A model generated the notes under the pieces. That model saw nothing but the letters and a program-made list of their open reading frames with translations. It was not told the DNA's origin and did no database searches. Below are positions 12,748 through 25,000 of a stretch of DNA of 64,000 bases, one piece after another; within the stretch, counting starts at the first letter, position 1, and the number at the start of each line of letters is the position of its first letter. Source of the DNA: Ranitomeya imitator (taxonomy: Eukaryota). The position numbers and the translations under genes were made by a program. Location of the stretch: assembly GCF_032444005.1 (NCBI RefSeq), contig NC_091283.1, positions 35,960,001-36,024,000 of the forward strand, in the 5' to 3' direction.

Positions 12748-12930
12748 CACCAGATGGCGCTATGCGATGTCCCAGACACCAGATGGCGCTGTGCGCATTG
12801 AACTGCCAGACACCAGACGGCGCTGTGTGTAGTAAATAAACCCAGACACCAGATGGCGCTGTGAGCATTTATCTGCCAGACACCAGACGGCGCTGTGTGT
12901 AGTAAGTAACCCCAGACACTAGATGGCGCT
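12748..12930 (+). promoter_or_regulatory. Tandem array of six CTCF-like motifs
   Basis: CAC(C/T)AGA(T/C)GGCGCT at 12748, 12777, 12811, 12847, 12881 and 12917; a seventh variant at 12636. Confidence 0.5.
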
Positions 12931-13621
12931 GTGGGCGCTGAGCTCGTCTCTATGGTCCTGTCAGTGATAGTGATTAGTGCAGGAGGAGGGGGCGGCAGGG
13001 TGGAGCAGTAACGGGAAGGAAAACACAGGAGGAAGAGAACTGAGGGAAAGCGGAGGCTGAGTGTTACTATCGCCCGAAGGTCACGTTATCCTCCTGCTGC
13101 TCCCAGCAAGGTGCAGTATACATGCTATATGTGCAGCACACACGTGTGGGGTCTGGGCATAGTGGGGTCTGGGTGCGGCCACTATCAGAACAGTCATTTA
13201 CTCCATCACTGTCCCCCTGCTTCTCTCTAATATCCACTTTCCTCACATTTGCACGACCTCTGCTCGCTGTCAGTGAGTGGAAACCTTCCTGTTCACATCC
13301 CATCCAGATCCTGCCTTGCTGCAGCCAATCACTGGCTTTATGGCATAAAACTGCTGAGGCCGATGATTGACTGCAGCGGTCACTGCAGAGAAGTAAACAA
13401 AGACCGATGGGGACCACCAACGCGTCAGTGCTGGAGCCGCGGGGCGACCCCTTTAAAATGAATGGCGTACAGGTGTAATACCGCACACAACCTGGGCACG
13501 CAGGTGGCGCTGTTTGAAGCTCGCTGCCCTGTTTGTGTTTTTTTCGTTTAAGCCCAGGCAGTGCTGAAGACTGTATAATGATATATTCGGGTAGCACAGC
13601 CCAGACACAGGCTGCCAGGAG

Positions 13622-13640
13622 ATGCTGGGAGTTGTAGTTT
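13622..13640 (-). promoter_or_regulatory. ZNF143/Staf (SBS) motif in a GC-rich, promoter-like region
   Basis: Reverse complement AAACTACAACTCCCAGCAT matches the ACTACAnnTCCCAGnATGC consensus. Confidence 0.5.
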
Positions 13641-14199
13641 CCCAGCTGTGGTCTCTTTGCGATTGCCGCTCCTCTCCATGGATAATCAGTGATGATTGAG
13701 GGTCCGGCAGACGTGTTGGCTGCAGCTCAGTAATGCGGCTCCGGCTGCCAGCTCTGCAGTCCCAGTAATGTAATCAGCCTCCCGCCTGCAGACATGGAGG
13801 GGCAGACATGGAGGGGCTTCTGGTCGCCGGGGTCCTGGTCTGGATTTGCTCATCGCTTCCTGCAGTTGATTTCATAATCACGTAATTATATAGATTTTCT
13901 GAATAGCGGAAAATAAAGGTGTTTTTTTTTAGGGGTCTCACGTTGTAGTGCTGACCCACGGTGGGATATTTAGTTCTTGTTGGCAGCTTCTATTACAGGG
14001 TTGTTGGTGGTTTCTAGTACTTGGTCCCTGGTGGTCCAGTGCTGTCGCTGTGGTATAGGTGAACAGGCTGATGCCCCTGTTGCATAATTTGATGGCAGAT
14101 ATTTTTTTTAGGGGGCTGACAGAATAATGAGGTACCATGATGGGTAGATTTCATATTTGGCCCCTGATTGTCTTGTGCTTTTCACTATACGGTCCATGG

Positions 14200-14408
14200 G
14201 TGCGGGCCCTTGTGGGCCAGCGGTTTCTGGCGTGCGGGCCCTGGTGGTGGGCCAGCGGTTTCTGGCGTGCGGGCCCTGGTGGTGGGCCAGCGGTTTTTGG
14301 CGTGCGGGCCCTGGTGGTGGGCCAGCGGTTTCTGGCGTGCGGGCCCTGGTGGTGGGCCAGCGGTTTCTGGCGTGCGGGCCCTGGTGGTGGGCCAGCGGTT
14401 TTTGGCGC
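14200..14408. repeat. 35-bp GC-rich minisatellite (about 5.5 copies)
   Basis: GGGCCAGCGGTTTCTGGCGTGCGGGCCCTGGTGGT repeated. Confidence 0.95.
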
Positions 14409-16091
14409 ACTGACCTCACTGGGCTGGCAGCTTCTGGTGCTTTGTCCCTGGTGGTCCAGTGGTGAATTTTGGAATATGATTCTGTAACTTGAGATCATTA
14501 GACTTGCAACTCAGCTGGGACTTGCTGCTATCCCACAGGTGAAGGATTGCGGCAGTACAACGCTTGTGTTACCGGGCGTTACGTAATACTACATTCCCCC
14601 TGTAGTGGCCACTGCAGGCATAGTGAGCAGCTTCACGGAGAGTCCCCCACTGATCGGGTCTGATCGCTGGCATCAGTGTCAGAGGCTTTTGTGTGGAGCA
14701 GTGGTCTGCACTGCCGCCCTCCTCATGCAGCTGCTGTACGAGGCAGTTATGCGCTCACAGGATTCATCCCGACACCAGCGGTTGTGTAATCTGGAGACAC
14801 ACGGAGTCCGGTCATCGTGTAATGATCACAAACAGGAAGGACCAGGAGACGGAGCTGTGTGACTGCGAGATCACCGGCAGAAATCACTCGACTGACCCCG
14901 CGGCCCCGGATACATGTATGTGCAGGACCAAAGCAGGAAAAGCTGCTGGTTACCGACCATTTCTGCAGTCTTATCAGCGGTGGACGGTCTCGTAGGCAGG
15001 GAGCGCAGCGCTTACAAGCTGTCAATCCTGCGAGCCCTGCTCGGAAGCTGACATCACAAGATCCCTGCTTCACTTACCCTGTGCCCCTCCGATACAGCAG
15101 AGACAAAGCTGCTTCTGCCTGCAGCACCAGAGCTGTGCACACAAGCCATGCCGCCTGCCCAAACTGCCAGGTGCACGCTCAGCCATGCCGCCTGCCCAAA
15201 CTGCCAGGTGCACGCTCAGCCATGCCGCCTGCCCAAACTGACAGGTGCACGCTCAGCCATGCCGCCTGCCCAAACTGTGAGGTGCACGCTCAGCCATGCC
15301 GCCTGCCCAAACTGTCAGATGCACGCTTAGCCATGCCGCCTGCCCAAACTGTCAGATGCACGCTTAGCCATGCCGCCTGCCCAAACTGTCAGATGCACGC
15401 TCAGCCATGCCGCCTGCCCAAACTGTCAGGTGCACGCTCAGCCATGCCGCCTGCCCAAACTGTCAGATGCACGCTTAGCCATGCCGCCTGCCCAAACTAT
15501 CAGATGCACGCTCAGCCATGCCGCCTGCCCAAACTGTGAGATGCACGCTCAGCCATGCCGCCTGCCCAAACTGCCAGGTGCACGCTCAACCATGCCGCCT
15601 GCCCAAACTGCCAGGTGCACGCTCAGCCATGCCGCCTGCCCAAACTGACAGGTGCACGCTCAGCCATGCCGCCTGCCCAAACTGTCAGATGCACGCTCAG
15701 CCATGCCGCCTGCCAAACTGTGAGATGCACGCTCAGCCATGCCGCCTGCCCAAACTGTGAGGTGCACGCTCAGCCATGCCGCCTGCCCAAACTGTCAGAT
15801 GCACGCTCAGCCATGCCGCCTGCCAAACTGACAGGTGCACGCTCAGCCATGCCGCCTGCCCAAACTGTGAGGTGCACGCTCAGCCATGCCGCCTGCCCAA
15901 ACTGTCAGATGCACGCTCAGCCATGCCGCCTGCCAAACTGTGAGATGCACGCTCAGCCATGCCGCCTGCCCAAACTGTGAGGTGCACGCTCAGCCATGCC
16001 GCCTGCCCAAACTGTCAGGTGCACGCTCAGCCATGCCGCCTGCCCAAACTGTCAGGTGCACGCTCAGCCATGCCGCCTGCCCAAACTGTTA

Positions 16092-17852
16092 GGCCGGCTT
16101 CACACTTGCGAGTTTTACGGACGTAAGAGCGCAGAAACTACGTCCGTAAAACTCGCAAAACATACGGCACAATTATTCTCTATGCCCCTGCTCCTATCTG
16201 CCGTATTTTACTGATCAGTATTATACGGCTTTCTACGGCCGTACAAAATCGCAGCATGCTGCGTTTGTCACTGTACTGCGCAAGAAAAACGCCAATGAAA
16301 GTCTATGGAAGCGTGAAAAATACGGATTACACACGGACAAGCAGTGTGACTTGTGAGAAATACGCAGCGCTGTTAGAGAGAAAAGCCGGTAATTCAGTGC
16401 GGTGTACAGTAAAATCACACTGACAGCTTATAATAGAATAGGTAGAATAAATGTGTACACATAGAATAGGTATATATATATATATGTCAGTGAGACACAT
16501 ATATGTATATATATTAATATTTATTCCAGCGCTATACAGCTTGAAAGCCGGTAATTCAATTACCGGCTTTTTCTTTCTCCTTCCTAAAACCCGACATGAT
16601 TTGAGACATGGTTTACATACAGTAAACCATGTCTTCTCTCCTTTTTTTTGCAGATTCCACACTACTAATGTCAGTAGAGTGTATCTGCCAAATTTGGCCG
16701 TTCTAGCTCTTAAAATAAAGGGTTAAATGTCGGAAAAAATTGGCGTGGGCTCCCGCGCAATTTTCTCCGCCAGAGTAGTAAAGCCAGTGACTGAGGGCAG
16801 ATATTAATAGCCTGGAGAGGGTCCATGGTTATTGGCCCCCCCCTGGCTAAAAACATCTGCCCCCAGCCACCCCAGAAAAGGCACATCTGGAAGATGCGCC
16901 TATTCTGGCACTTGGCCACTCTCTTCCCATTCCCGTGTAGCGGTGGGATATGGGGTAATGAAGGGTTAATGCCACCTTGCTATTGTAAGGTGACATTAAG
17001 CCTAATTAATAATGGAGAGGCGTCAATTATGACACCTATCCATTATTAATCCAATTGTAGTAAAGGGTTAAATAAAACACAAACATATTATTTAAAATTA
17101 TTTTAATGAAATAAAAACAATGGTTTTTGGAGTATTTTATTCTACGCCCAATCCAGTCACTGAAGACCCTCGTTCTGGGAGGGAGCTTTCTAGGTAAGTT
17201 CCCACGATCTATGAACATCCAGCAGAGGGCGCCTCACCGCAAATGAAGCTAAATATAGATCATTGATCTATATTTAGCCTCATTCCCCGGGGTTTTGCAG
17301 CAAGGAGCAGCCTGCATTAGCGGAACTCCTTGCTGCAAAATGTTTTAACCCCTTCTGAAGGATTTACATCGTTGGACGTTACAGATCTGCGGAGGGTAAG
17401 GATATTGTTGGTTTATTATGTTTTTTTACTTACAGAACGAGGGTTTTAGGAAGGAGAAAGAAAAAGCCGGTAATTGAATTACCGGCTTTCAAGCTGTATA
17501 GCNNNNNNNNNNNNNNNNNNNNNNNNNNNNNNNNNNNNNNNNNNNNNNNNNNNNNNNNNNNNNNNNNNNNNNNNNNNNNNNNNNNNNNNNNNNNNNNNNN
17601 NNNNNNNNNNNNNNNNNNNNNNNNNNNNNNNNNNNNNNNNNNNNNNNATAGCGGTATGTTGGTTTTGCAAGCCTGCGAGAAAACCACGCAGTACGGATGC
17701 CATACGGATTACATACGGAGGATGCCATGCGCAAAAAACGGTGACACACCCTGCCTACGGAGGAGCTACGGACCACTATTTTCGGGACTTTTCAGCGTAT
17801 TACGGCCGTAATATACGGACCGTATTTTCATGCGCTGAGTGTGAAGCCGGCC
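16092..17852. mobile_element. Large PIF/Harbinger-type non-autonomous element containing an assembly gap
   Basis: TTA|GGCCGGCTTCACACT...AGTGTGAAGCCGGCC|TTA; internal inverted repeats. Confidence 0.85.
17503..17647. other. Assembly gap (145 N)
   Basis: Run of N. Confidence 1.
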
Positions 17853-18315
17853 TTAGATGCACGCTCAGCCATGCCGCCTGCCCAAACTGTCAGTGGTGAG
17901 GATCGCACCGCACGCTCGGGAAGCAGGAAGCCCTGAGGCAGAAGAGCTGAGAACACTCTTGTTTAGACAGGCCGACAGCACTTGCATGCGCACAGAACGA
18001 TCAGAATTAGGTCATCGTTCTCGGCAGCACACGTTGCTTACACCGGAAGATGAGCTACCGAGAATGATTGTTTTTAAGCAAGCAATTTTCCGTTTTTACT
18101 CCCTTTCTTCCAAGGATCATAACTTTTGTATTTCTTCCATCAATATACCCGTGTGACGGCTTGCTTTTTGCAGGACGAGTTGTACTTTTGAATGATACCG
18201 TTCATTTTATCCTGTGATGCACAAGAAAGCGGGGAAAAAAATCCAAGTTCGTTAAAATTGCAAAAATAAAGTGCAATTTCACAATGTAATTTTTATTTAT
18301 TTTATTTTTTATTTA

Positions 18316-19610
18316 CCGTATATACTCGAGTATAAGCCAACCCCCCTAATTTTGTGACAGAAAACTGGGAAAACTTAATGATTCGAGTATAAGCCTAGGG
18401 TGGGAAATGCTGCAGCTACCGGTAAATGTGAAAAGTAAAAATAGATACCAATAAAAGTAAAATTAATTGAGACATCAGTAGGTTAAGTGTTTTTGAATAT
18501 AAATATTGAATCAGGAGCCCCATATAATGCTCCATGCAGTTTATGATGGGCCCCATAAGATGTTCCATATTAAAATATGCCCCATATAATCGGGCATAAA
18601 GGTTAATAATGGCCCCATAAGATGCTCCATAGACACATTTGCCCCATATAATGCTGCATAAATGCTGATTATGGCCCCATAAGATGCTCTATAAAGATAT
18701 TTGCCCCATTTAGTGCTGCACAAACCTTGATTATGGCCCTATAAGATGCTCCATACAGACACTTGCCCCATATACCGTAATGCTCCATAAACGTTAATTA
18801 TGGCCCCATACAGACACTTGCCCCATATAGTGCTGCAGAAACGTTTTGGCCCCATATAGTGCTGCAGAAACGTTTTGGCCCCATATAGTGCTGCAGAAAC
18901 GTTTTGGCCTCATATAGTGCTGCAGAAACGTTTTGGCCCCATATAGTGCTGCAGAAACGTTTTGGCCCCATATAGTGCTGCAGAAACGTTTTGGCCCCAT
19001 ATAGTGCTGCAGAAACGTTATGGCCCCATAGATGCTCCATACAGACATTTTCCCCATTTGCTGTTGCTGCGATAATAAATAAATCACATACTCACCTCTC
19101 CGTCGCTCAGGCCCCTGGCACTTTCAATATTCACCTGCTCCTTGATCCGGCGTCGCTCCATCTTCAGCATCTTCAGCACCGACATTCAGCAGAGGGCGCA
19201 CACTAACTACGTCACTGCGCCCTCTGACCTGTGCGTCATAGCTGAAGACGGAGCGGCGCCGGAACGAGGAAAGGTGACTATCGTGCAGCGCAGCTCTCCC
19301 CGTTATACTCACCTGCTCCTGGCGCGGTGCAGTCCCTGCTTCCCAGCGCCGCAGCTTCATCCTGTACTGAGCGGTCACCGTTACTGCTCATTACAGTAAT
19401 GAATATGCGGCTCCACCTCTATGGGAGGTGGAGCTGCATATTCATTACTGTAATGAACGGTAACGGTGACCGCTCAGTACAGGAAAAAGCTGCTGCTGCC
19501 GGTGCCGGGGAAGCCAGGAACTTGCAGGGACCGCGCCAGGAGCAGGTGAGTATAATTTCACAGCCCCCGCTCCCCTTCCCCTGCCGACCCTTGGGTATGA
19601 CTCGAGTGTA
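18316..19610. mobile_element. Non-autonomous TA-TSD DNA transposon (Tc1/mariner-pogo type), truncated, with internal 29-bp repeats
   Basis: TA|CCGTATATACTCGAGTATAAGCC terminus; homologous, in opposite orientation, to 29099-30160; GCCCCATATAGTGCTGCAGAAACGTTTTG repeats. Confidence 0.7.
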
Positions 19611-20344
19611 AACCTGATGATGTGATTTCCCAGGTCAGTATGAGGACGCAGACACCAAACATGCATAGGATTTTTTTTTTATTGAAATAAAAACATTTTT
19701 GGAAATTTGTAAGAAAATCTTTTTTTCCCGTCTGTTGTCATTTTTCGCAACCCATAGCGTATCCATTTTTGTGGGGTTTCTGGGGCTGGGTGAGGGCTTA
19801 TTTTTTGCGCCCTGAGCTGATGTTTTTATTAATACTATGTGACAGTCACTGGTGAAGGGATGGAGGGGAGATATGTGTCACTGCGCATGATGGCGTCAGT
19901 GATGTAAAACCAGAATAGTTTCCTCCAGCACACTATGTTGTTGGGATGGTCTATTAAAAGTTATGTTATGGTCTTGTTTTAGTGGAAATTCATAGAGCGG
20001 GAGGGAGAATGTCCATGTATCTCCACCTGCAGTGTCCTGATTGGACCTGTGTGTTGTTGAGATCATGTGATCAATCACATTATGGAGGAGTCACATGGTC
20101 TGGGCTTAAATGGCTCATTGCGAAAGCTTTCAGTGTTCAGTGTGCTCCTGGAGAGAGAGCACTCCAGGAAGGTAAGAAAAGGACTGTGGGTTTTTTTCTT
20201 TGTTTTGCCCAGAGGGCTGTGTTTACATTCCTAAGCTTAGTTTACTGTGGGGTTTTTTCTTGTTTCTTTGTTTTGCCAAGAGGGCTGTGTTTACGTTCCC
20301 AAGCTTGGTTTACACTGCCTACAATAAACCAAGCTTTTTCTTAA

Positions 20345-21860
20345 CCCCTTAGTGACGGAGCCAATTTTGTACTTTTTTGGATTGTTTTTTTCCTCACATA
20401 TTGTACTTCATGATAGTGGTAAAAATTCTATGATCTAACTAGCGTTTATGAAAAAAACGGAACCTTGGCAAAAATGAAGAAAATTTTGCAATTTTCAAAC
20501 AATTTTTGTGCTCTTAAATCAGTCATATCGCACAAAATAGTTAATAATTTACATTTCCCACATGTCTACTTTACATCAGCACAATTTTGGAAACATAATT
20601 TTTTTTTGTTAGTAAGTTAAGGGTTAAAAGTTGACCAGCGATTTCTCATTTTTCAAACAAAATTTACAAAACCATTTTTTTTAGGGGCCATCTCACATTT
20701 GAAGTGAGGTAGGGGGGTCAATATAACAGAAAATACCCAAAAGTGACACCATTCTAAAACCTACACCCCTCAAGGTGCTCAAAACCACATTCAAGAAGTT
20801 TATTAACCCTTCAGGTGATTCACGAGAACTAAAGCGATGTGGAAGGAAAAAAAATGAACATTTTACTTTTTTCACAAATATTTTTACTTTGGAACCAAAC
20901 TTTTTTTATTTTCAGAAGGTTATCAGGAGAAAATGGACTCCAAAATTTGTTGTGCAATTTCTCCTGAGTACACTGATACCCCGTATGTGGGGGAGGGAGC
21001 ACCGTTTGACTTTTTGAACACAAAATTGTCTGGAATCAATGGTGGCGCCATGTCACGTACGGAGACCCTCTGACATACAGTACCTAAACAGTGGAACTCC
21101 CCAATTCTAACCCTAACACAGCCGTAACCCCAACCCTGACCCCCAACACCACCACCCCTGGCCCCAACCCTAACCCTGATGCAAAACTGGAAAAAAAATA
21201 CATTATTTTATTATTTTTACCTAACTAGGGGCTGATAAAGGGGAATTTGATTTACTGTTTTTTTTTGTTCGTTTGTTTTTTGATCACTGTGATATAGAGT
21301 CTATCACAGTGATCAAAATGAACCAATTGGGAAAATCTCCTATTGTTGCCGGGTGACGGCGGGCGCACTGCGCATGCGCCAGCTATTTTCTTCCCGGAAG
21401 AAGATGCCGGGCGACAGAGCCAGAGGGACTGAGGGACACTGGAGGTAGCGGGGGTCCTCGGGAGACCCCATTTCTCTCTCCTTTGATGTGCTAGATCATA
21501 TCAGAGGATAGACATTTTTTTTTTTCTCGTTACGCCATTTACCGATCGGATTAATTTATTTTATATTTTGATAGAGCGGGCGTTTCTGAACTTAGTGATA
21601 CCAAATAGGTGTATTGGAGCTGCGATTACCTTTGGTGTACATAGCAGGGCTCCACTACTTCTATGTATAGCAGAGGTCACGATCACCTATGAACGCCGGC
21701 CACAAGCCGGCGTTCACAGGAGGATTGTAATGACAGGCTCAGGGGTAATCAGTAGACCCCTCCCTACTATCATGACAACCAATCGGCTCCTTGCGATCAT
21801 GTGACAGAGGCGCCGATGAGCGGGATGAATGACGCAGTTCGGCTCATGTTAAATGCCGCT
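20345..21860. mobile_element. Truncated piggyBac-like (TTAA-CCC) non-autonomous element
   Basis: TTAA|CCCCTTAGTGACGG left end; no right TIR found; right boundary approximate. Confidence 0.4.
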
Positions 21861-22029
21861 GTCGGTGATTATTGGAAAATGAGCGTCCCTAGGAATAATC
21901 CCCGATAATGGCGCCATATGAAAACATCCTAATGTGGGACATGAAGGCTTTATCTATAGAAATGTACAAGAAAGTTCCGATAAAACGCTTCTTGCCACCA
22001 TTCATTATTTTTTTTTGCCCCGCTTTTAG

Positions 22030-22075
22030 ATGGTGTTTTATACCTGCGGACCGAACGAAGCCATGGTGGTGTCAG
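22030..22075 (+). CDS. FLOT1: FLOT1 coding exon 1 ([16 protein letters not shown])
   Basis: ttttag|ATG...TCAG|gtaag. Confidence 0.95.
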
Positions 22076-25000
22076 GTAAGATCGTCTCGTCCCGAACTCT
22101 CCCTCCTTTGTATAATATTCTGTACCCTGATCTCACGGAATAGAAACCTTCATCGTTCACCTGCCGAGGATGTGAATCAGTGTGCAGACTAAATGTGGTA
22201 TAAAAGCCACAGATACGCCTGCGATCCTCTGGGTCCACACCTACCTGAGTGGCCACAATAGGGACCAGGACCCCCTCATTGCCCCTATAGCACCAGCTCC
22301 ATGCAGTTTTACTACATCGAGCAGCTCTTTGTGTTTTCACTCAACACAATGCTTACCTTCAAAGAGATCGAAACCTAGACCGACCCCATTAGCAGTGAGT
22401 GGGGTCTGTTCGGCGCCTTGGACCTATCATACAACAGAACCGCACAGCAATATGGCTTCCACTTGAGCCAGCCTCCTTCACTTGGATGGAGCTTCCCTGT
22501 GAAGGGGCGCTGACGTGCGGCCCCCCCAGTCTGTGAGATTCCCGGAGATCGCGCAGTCATTTATACAGGGCTCTCACCTCTGTGGTATATTGCAGGCTTC
22601 TGCCGCAGCCCCCCGGTGATGATAGCCGGCGGACGGGTTTTCGTCCTCCCCTGCGTGCAGCAGATTCAGAGGTAAGATATGGTGGTCCGGGCGTCATGTA
22701 TATGTGATCAGATCATCTATTCACCCAGTAATCGTCCGCAGGATCTCTCTGAATACACTGACCCTGAACGTTAAGAGTGAGAAGGTCTATACGCGGCACG
22801 GGGTCCCCATCTCTGTCACTGGCATTGCTCAGGTAAGGCAGGGTCATAGCTACTGCCACGTGCAGGCGATGGGTATTAATCCGATGGTTGGGGGGGGTCT
22901 CATGTTTCCATGCATCACACCCACAGGTGAAGATCCAGGGTCAGAATAAGGAGATGCTTGCAGCCGCCTGTCAGATGTTCCTGGGTAAAACTGAGAATGA
23001 AGTGGCTCATATCGCCCTTGAGACGTTGGAGGGTCACCAGCGTGCTATCATGGCACACATGACCGTGGAGGTTGGTGACTTCATTGATGTCATATCTGCA
23101 TTACTTACTGAGCATTTCACATACAAAAGTGGGTAGCAGTTGTCCTTCTTATAGCCCAGAGTTATTTTTTAGGTCCTGAATTCTGTAGCGGTTGATATAG
23201 AACTGCTGAGACAGTTAAATGGTAAAATCCTATCTGCCTGCAGCCACCACTAGGGGGAGCTCACTGTGTGGAGTTCAATGTACTATCCATAAGCAGTCGG
23301 CTCCCCCTAGTGGTGCCGGTACTAGAATTGCAGGTAGAGTTTCATCATTTAACGCTGAGGATTTGGAGCTATGTATCAAGATAAAACAAAACTGCAGCTC
23401 AAGAAGTTGACATAAGCCCATGTTATTGTTATCAGGAGATCTACAAGGACAGGCAGAAGTTCTCTGAGCAGGTTTTCAAAGTGGCTTCTTCCGACCTGGT
23501 GAACATGGGGATCAGCGTCGTCAGCTACACCCTGAAGGACATTCACGATGATCAGGTAAATGAAGGGGTTAAAGGGAGATGCTGAGAAACGAAGGAGCAG
23601 TACTGAAGCGGGTCGCCCCTGTCTCCTGCAGGATTACCTGCACTCTCTGGGTAAAGCCAGGACGGCTCAGGTGCAGAAGGATGCAAGAATCGGGGAAGCG
23701 GTGGCCAAAAGAGATGCTGGGATCAAGGTAACCTTAACTATGGCATTGTGAGGCAGAGGAGGGAAAAGAATCATTGTCATAGCAATATAGTGATTGCAGG
23801 GGTGCCGAGAAGTGTGAACATCCTGTATTTTCTTTTACATTTTGTGCTAATTTCATAAGATCTGTGTTCGGTCATCACCCATGACAGCACACCTGAGAGA
23901 GGGATCTGCCCACCAAGGACAGGAAACCTACTGAAATAAAAGGGCGGCACCTCCTCAACATCAGTTGGTTTCCTGTCCTTGATGGGAACCTCTTGCTGAA
24001 ATCCACGGTGAAGACAGAAGTGCAAAGTTCTTACCCAGCCCTGTCCAGAAGAGTCGGCTCCATGCCTGTGTGGCCGACCTTCAGGGTCCTGAAAGCGCCG
24101 TTCCGGGGTCTAAAGGGGGCTCTATTGCACATGCGGGCCGCAGAGACGGAGATGTGTGGCGTGCCTCAGACTGCCGAGCCGCCTTCCCTATGCTGACGTC
24201 ACAGGTGCAAAGCATGCTGGGAATAGGCATGCCCGAGTGACGTAACGGGGCGCGCTGAAAGAAAATGGTGGTACCCTACATGAGTGTCGCCAGTCGGGCG
24301 TGCACGAGGGAAAATGTCTGGAGAGACCGGAGGAGGAGGACTGAAGACAGCGCTGTGGATCCCATTGAAAAAGGGGGAGCAGTCTGCAAGTATGGCGCTT
24401 ATTCTCCAGCTCAATCATTTCTCCCCTGTCTACCATGGAGGATCAGAGACGGCCGCAGCCACCAGCTTACCAACGTGGACACAGTAAAGGGGGCAGCTGC
24501 TCAAGTTGTAACGGCCACCCCAGCCAGAGCAGCAGGGGGTCTCGGGACTCCTCGGTGTCCAGTGAGGATACTTTATCCCAGAACAGCCTCCGAATCCAAT
24601 ACCCTTAAAGTCACAGCGGGAGGTGAGTGAAGCCTCCATGATTGTGTTTTTTTTTTTTTTTTTTTTATATCACTAGGGGAGATCTAAAAAAGCTAGTGCT
24701 AGGAAGAGAAACGGGGAGTGTGCGCTATGTAAGACCTCCGCTGGCAGTAAAATCTCTGCATCCACAAAACAATCAGTGAGGAGACCCCAGACTTTCCAGT
24801 AAGCTTTAGATCTGACATAATGACTAAAGTGGATGGCTCCCGAAAAACCCTATTAAAAAAAAAAAATGAAAGGGGATGAAAAAACCTAGGGAAGTATCTA
24901 CTGATTGTGACTCTTCTCCGTTATCCGAGGATCAATACCTCAGTGAGTCTTCATCCTCATCCGCCTCGGACAGTGACATCGGGTGCAGACCAGGTTTTCC

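Larger units (their letters stand above)
15145..17893. repeat. 37-bp minisatellite (about 26 copies), split by a MITE
   Basis: ATGCCGCCTGCCCAAACTGTCAGATGCACGCTCAGCC at 15145-16088, resuming at 17856-17893. Confidence 0.95.

Noticed and set aside
13067-13597. 176-aa minus-strand ORF; also considered as a possible IER3 location
   Set aside because: Non-ATG start, no recognisable homology and no IER3 motif found here or elsewhere in the window.
14859-16214. ORFs with MPPAQT/CTLSHAACPNC repeats resembling Cys-rich proteins
   Set aside because: Products of the 37-bp minisatellite; the unit is not a multiple of 3 and is open in several frames.
14200-17893. Regular repeats superficially like a CRISPR array
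   Set aside because: No unique spacers, eukaryotic context and no cas genes; these are VNTRs.
21104-21180. CCCTAA-like repeats (interstitial telomere or telomerase RNA template)
   Set aside because: Short, degenerate and internal to a transposon-like element; no telomerase RNA structure.
23701-23703. FLOT1 GEAVAKR versus GEAEAKR in human
   Set aside because: Single substitution in the coiled coil; significance cannot be judged without orthologues or reads.
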